DNA of 32,000 nucleotides. It comes from Candidatus Thorarchaeota archaeon (GTDB lineage Archaea; Asgardarchaeota; Heimdallarchaeia; Hodarchaeales; Hodarchaeaceae). The stretch lies in contig JBHLRO010000017.1 in assembly GCA_048882505.1 (NCBI GenBank), positions 30,001 to 62,000 on the forward strand, read 5' to 3'. A program made the position numbers and the translations under genes. The notes under the pieces were generated by a model. The model searched no databases and was not told where the DNA came from. It worked only from the letters and a program-made list of their open reading frames with translations. How positions within the stretch are numbered: the first letter of the stretch is position 1; each line of letters starts with the position of its first letter. Positions 28,678-32,000 of this stretch are shown piece by piece.

Positions 28678-31600
28678 ATGATAAGAAACGCCGTTAAGCT
28701 GTCACTCTGCATCATCTTTCTCAGTATTTTCATTATACAGACACTTTCAAGTGGTTTCGATCTGGCCGAAAACGAATCTCCCGTTCTTAAGCCGGTCCAA
28801 GTGTCGGCATTACGAGGCGATATTCCTGTAGAAATTAATGCTTTCACAAAGAGAATAAAAGCGAATTCCAAGGTTCAAAAATCAGAGGGGAGTATTCAAT
28901 CTGATTCTGGCGACTCCAATCCATTTTCTCCTATACATTCAAAGGTCGCGGGAACCGGAACTTTTATTGAGGATTATATCGATAATCATAATTCCGATGT
29001 CGATTCTCTTGCGGACTCTGGCAATTTAACAGACTTCGATAACATGAAAGACACGGATAGTGTTTTTGCCAATCTGTCAGAGACTACTGATTTAATAAGC
29101 GGTTCTTTTGGTCATGGAGTGGGAGTAGGCAACGAAGCCGCAACAGCAGATAACGGTCTGTATTATGTTTACGAAGGAGATGGAACACCCACCACCTTTT
29201 ATATTGATGGAGTCGTTGATAGCATCTTTATTGATATCGCGCAAAACTTTGGTGGAGTCTTAGATTTTTATTTAGGGACCATTTCAGGGAGTACATTTAG
29301 TTTTCACCAATACAACCCTATTGCTTCAGTTGACGTTAGTGGTAAGGGGACAGGATGGATGGAATTTACTGCACCAGCAGATTTTACTGCGTTTAATGTC
29401 AATCAAGGTGACGTACTAGCATTCTATTCTGCCATGGAGGATGCATATATTGGTAGATCCACATCAGGGAGCTATCTGCAGTACGGGTATACTACCGTCA
29501 ATGATCCGTTCAGTACTCCTCAACCAATCACTATGGGCAGCGTTGCAAGAAGAATCGAGATTTCTGTCCCCGTTACTGGCAGTTCATCCGATTATCATCT
29601 TGATCAGGAGGTTCAGTTTGAGAATGTGTACAACTCTTCACTTATTGACGAGGAATTGAGAATCAAAACGGGAGTTTTTAGTACGGGGTCTGAAAACCTA
29701 AATGTCTCATACTGGGACGGAAATTCTTGGCAGCTAATTACTTCAAGCTTAACTGCCTCGTCATGGAACAATTTCACGCTAAGCGATATTTCGGTGACTG
29801 AGCCGTACTTCACCATTAAATTCGGAGGGGCACAGACAACAGCAGACAGCATACAAGATTGGTGGATGATCGACGCTGTCCTAGTTTACGTTGAACAGCA
29901 TATAGCTACCACAATAGAGGATTATATCGATATACAGAGCGATATGGATTCCAGTCCTGATCTCGGTTCACATGACACATTTGCCGATTTACTAACAACT
30001 GACTCAGTGTATAATAACATCAGTGAAAGCGAGCCTGCCCCGTACATAAACTCTACCCTAATTGATACGGAATCTTTTGAAGGATCCTGGCCCCCATTCG
30101 GTTGGACTGAGTCAGGATTTACCAACTGGAACAAAGAAAACAATGCTGCCTATGACGGAGTCTATTCAGCAGATTTTGATGGTGCTGATCCCGGCCAATC
30201 TGGTTATCTATATACTCCAGTACTGGATGCATCCGATGCAGTTGCCATATATCTTGAATTTTGGTGGCGGGATACAGCCCTTGATTTTAACGAGTTTATT
30301 CTGGAGTTATACAATGGGACAAATTGGATTTCCTATCAAGACATGAATTCTCTCCCACATGCCGAGAACACCTGGATTTTTTATTCCGAACAGATAACGG
30401 ATAGCCAGTATTTCGTCTCAACTTTCCAGATTCGATGGAGAGCAAACGATGTCGAGAGTTTTGAAACTGCCTACCTCGATTTCGTTACAGTAACTAAAAA
30501 AATCAATAATCCTTTATCAGGCTATCAATTAGATTTAGAGGTTCAATTTACTGGTGTTTATGATTCTCCTATTATGATTGAGGAATTATCTATAAAAACG
30601 GGTACATTTGGAGGAACTGAGGATCTAAACGTTACCTATTGGGATGGAAGCTCTTGGCAGTTAATTACTTCAAGTTTGACTGCTTCTACGTGGAATAATT
30701 TCACGATTTCCCTTACTAGCCCCACTTTCACAATCAAGTTCGGTGGTTCAACAACCTCTTCAGATAATACCCAAAACTGGTGGGAAATCGATTCGGTTTT
30801 GCTCAAGGTGGAGAGTCCAGAAGATACGTTAGGTAAGGATTCCGGTTTTATTTGGCTTGATGCCCCTGATGAGATAGATTTAGGAACATCTTACAGCTCT
30901 TGGGTTCAGCAGGATATATCAGATGATAGTGTTCCCAGTTCCGCGACAGGAGTCATTCTAGCCTGGGTATCGGATAGTCTGGTGGACAATCATGCGGTAG
31001 CTAGAGGTTCGCAGGACACGAATGACTACATGAATGGGGGTTCAATATACTCAGAATTTGAAGATGAAACCTGGAGAATGCAGGTAGTTAAGCTCAGTGG
31101 CCATCGGTATATTGATACGTGGCGTGAATCTGCAACTGAAAGACTTTACGTAATGGGTTATACTGTAGGATCAGATCCGCGGTTTAGAAGAGTAGCTGCT
31201 GATTTGGGCGGTCTGACGGCCGACTCATCTTGGAATAGCGTAACTGTAACGGACGTCGATGAAAATACGACTGGTGTAATCATCTTAGGCCAATCAACCT
31301 CAAGTATTGACTCAACAATCTTAGTGAGAGCAGTGGGTTCCACGGACTCTATGATTGCAAGAGAATGGCAAGAGTTTAATATGGGAGTATTTTTCGTGGA
31401 AATTGATGGAAACGATCAATTTGATTATTATATTACGGAAGGAACATCAGCCAATTTTTACCTGATTGCAGAAGCAAAGGATAGTATTGATTGGTTAAGT
31501 ACAAATCGAATTGATATTTCAGCAACGGCGACAGGATGGACAGTACGAGACCTGGACAGTTATACTGCTTCGATACCATTGGATACTTCAGGGGTCATTT

Positions 31601-32000
31601 TACAACACGAATCAATAGGTACAGGGGGTAGTGATTATAGAAATATAGCACGAGCGTATGGTCAAACATGGACTCTACCCGATTATGATGTAGGCGGGGA
31701 TACCTGGATGATGGCAGGCAGTGGAATTGATTCACAAAACCGAATCCAAATTTACGCAGAATTCTTAGAACAAGATGTTTATATTCATGCTTTGACCCGA
31801 TTCAGTGATAGAAGTTCCCCAGTAGTTGAAAATTTTGGTGTAGATGATCCGGGAACTGGTACTGCGACGTTTTGGGCCGATTTAACAGATCAATCTGGTG
31901 TTAATACCGTTACGATTACGGTTAATGGTACTGATTATCAAATGAGCTATAACGGTTCCTTTTGGATAAAGGATTTGACTGTGAAATGGCAAAAGGTATA
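28678..32000 (+). CDS. very large secreted modular surface glycoprotein (>1107 aa, 3' end outside window; absent from the ORF track)
   Basis: Translated by hand: ATG at 28678 (MIRNAVKLSLCIIFLSIFIIQ signal peptide), no stop to the window end. Acidic S/T/D-rich beta domains, internal repeats, many NxS/T sequons, and the start of an Ig-like unit (D.SSPVV...ADLTDQSGV..V...VNG). Confidence 0.92.
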   Translation, partial: MIRNAVKLSLCIIFLSIFIIQTLSSGFDLAENESPVLKPVQVSALRGDIPVEINAFTKRIKANSKVQKSEGSIQSDSGDSNPFSPIHSKVAGTGTFIEDYIDNHNSDVDSLADSGNLTDFDNMKDTDSVFANLSETTDLISGSFGHGVGVGNEAATADNGLYYVYEGDGTPTTFYIDGVVDSIFIDIAQNFGGVLDFYLGTISGSTFSFHQYNPIASVDVSGKGTGWMEFTAPADFTAFNVNQGDVLAFYSAMEDAYIGRSTSGSYLQYGYTTVNDPFSTPQPITMGSVARRIEISVPVTGSSSDYHLDQEVQFENVYNSSLIDEELRIKTGVFSTGSENLNVSYWDGNSWQLITSSLTASSWNNFTLSDISVTEPYFTIKFGGAQTTADSIQDWWMIDAVLVYVEQHIATTIEDYIDIQSDMDSSPDLGSHDTFADLLTTDSVYNNISESEPAPYINSTLIDTESFEGSWPPFGWTESGFTNWNKENNAAYDGVYSADFDGADPGQSGYLYTPVLDASDAVAIYLEFWWRDTALDFNEFILELYNGTNWISYQDMNSLPHAENTWIFYSEQITDSQYFVSTFQIRWRANDVESFETAYLDFVTVTKKINNPLSGYQLDLEVQFTGVYDSPIMIEELSIKTGTFGGTEDLNVTYWDGSSWQLITSSLTASTWNNFTISLTSPTFTIKFGGSTTSSDNTQNWWEIDSVLLKVESPEDTLGKDSGFIWLDAPDEIDLGTSYSSWVQQDISDDSVPSSATGVILAWVSDSLVDNHAVARGSQDTNDYMNGGSIYSEFEDETWRMQVVKLSGHRYIDTWRESATERLYVMGYTVGSDPRFRRVAADLGGLTADSSWNSVTVTDVDENTTGVIILGQSTSSIDSTILVRAVGSTDSMIAREWQEFNMGVFFVEIDGNDQFDYYITEGTSANFYLIAEAKDSIDWLSTNRIDISATATGWTVRDLDSYTASIPLDTSGVILQHESIGTGGSDYRNIARAYGQTWTLPDYDVGGDTWMMAGSGIDSQNRIQIYAEFLEQDVYIHALTRFSDRSSPVVENFGVDDPGTGTATFWADLTDQSGVNTVTITVNGTDYQMSYNGSFWIKDLTVKWQKV

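Noticed and set aside
1520-31343. Numerous 60-180-aa ORF-track entries overlapping the called genes
   Set aside because: Shadow ORFs on the opposite strand or in alternative frames of well-supported CDSs, including 10894-11424 antisense to the CBS gene.
1-32000. CRISPR array, IS element, tRNA or rRNA
   Set aside because: No regularly spaced direct repeats, transposase ORF, terminal inverted repeats or cloverleaf/rRNA signatures seen by eye.

Overview
AT-rich archaeal-type window, most consistent with an Asgard (Heimdallarchaeia-like) genome. That assignment is inferred from gene content (F420-type LLM oxidoreductase, PGF-CTERM-like C-termini, GGTGA/GGAGG RBSs, BRE+TATA promoters, Ig-like surface protein), not from a marker gene. 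1-11.4 kb holds accessory genes: MFS end, membrane proteins, a stand-alone TPR protein, LLM, YaaA-like, a frameshifted inositol monophosphatase, a PLD-like protein, a doubly frameshifted secreted serine hydrolase, GNAT and CBS. 11.4-16.8 kb holds a 4-hydroxybutyryl-CoA dehydratase divergent from a complete coxBAC+IV operon for an A2-type CuA heme-copper oxidase. The most unusual part is 17.6-23.5 kb, a near-symmetric locus: two convergent paralogous surface-anchored DOMON/EbdC-like putative heme proteins share a 110-bp, 108/110-identical inverted repeat and enclose an exported, membrane-anchored LanC-like barrel lacking all Zn ligands. Cys-rich putative regulators flank the locus on both sides. 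Recombination across the repeat would invert about 2.75 kb, swap the C-termini and move the LanC-like gene to the other promoter. 24-28 kb holds an aldo/keto reductase, a ureohydrolase plus saccharopine/lysine-dehydrogenase-like pair, and DinB. From 28678 an ORF absent from the ORF track encodes a >1100-aa modular secreted glycoprotein that runs off the window. No rRNA, tRNA, CRISPR array, transposase or recombinase was recognised.
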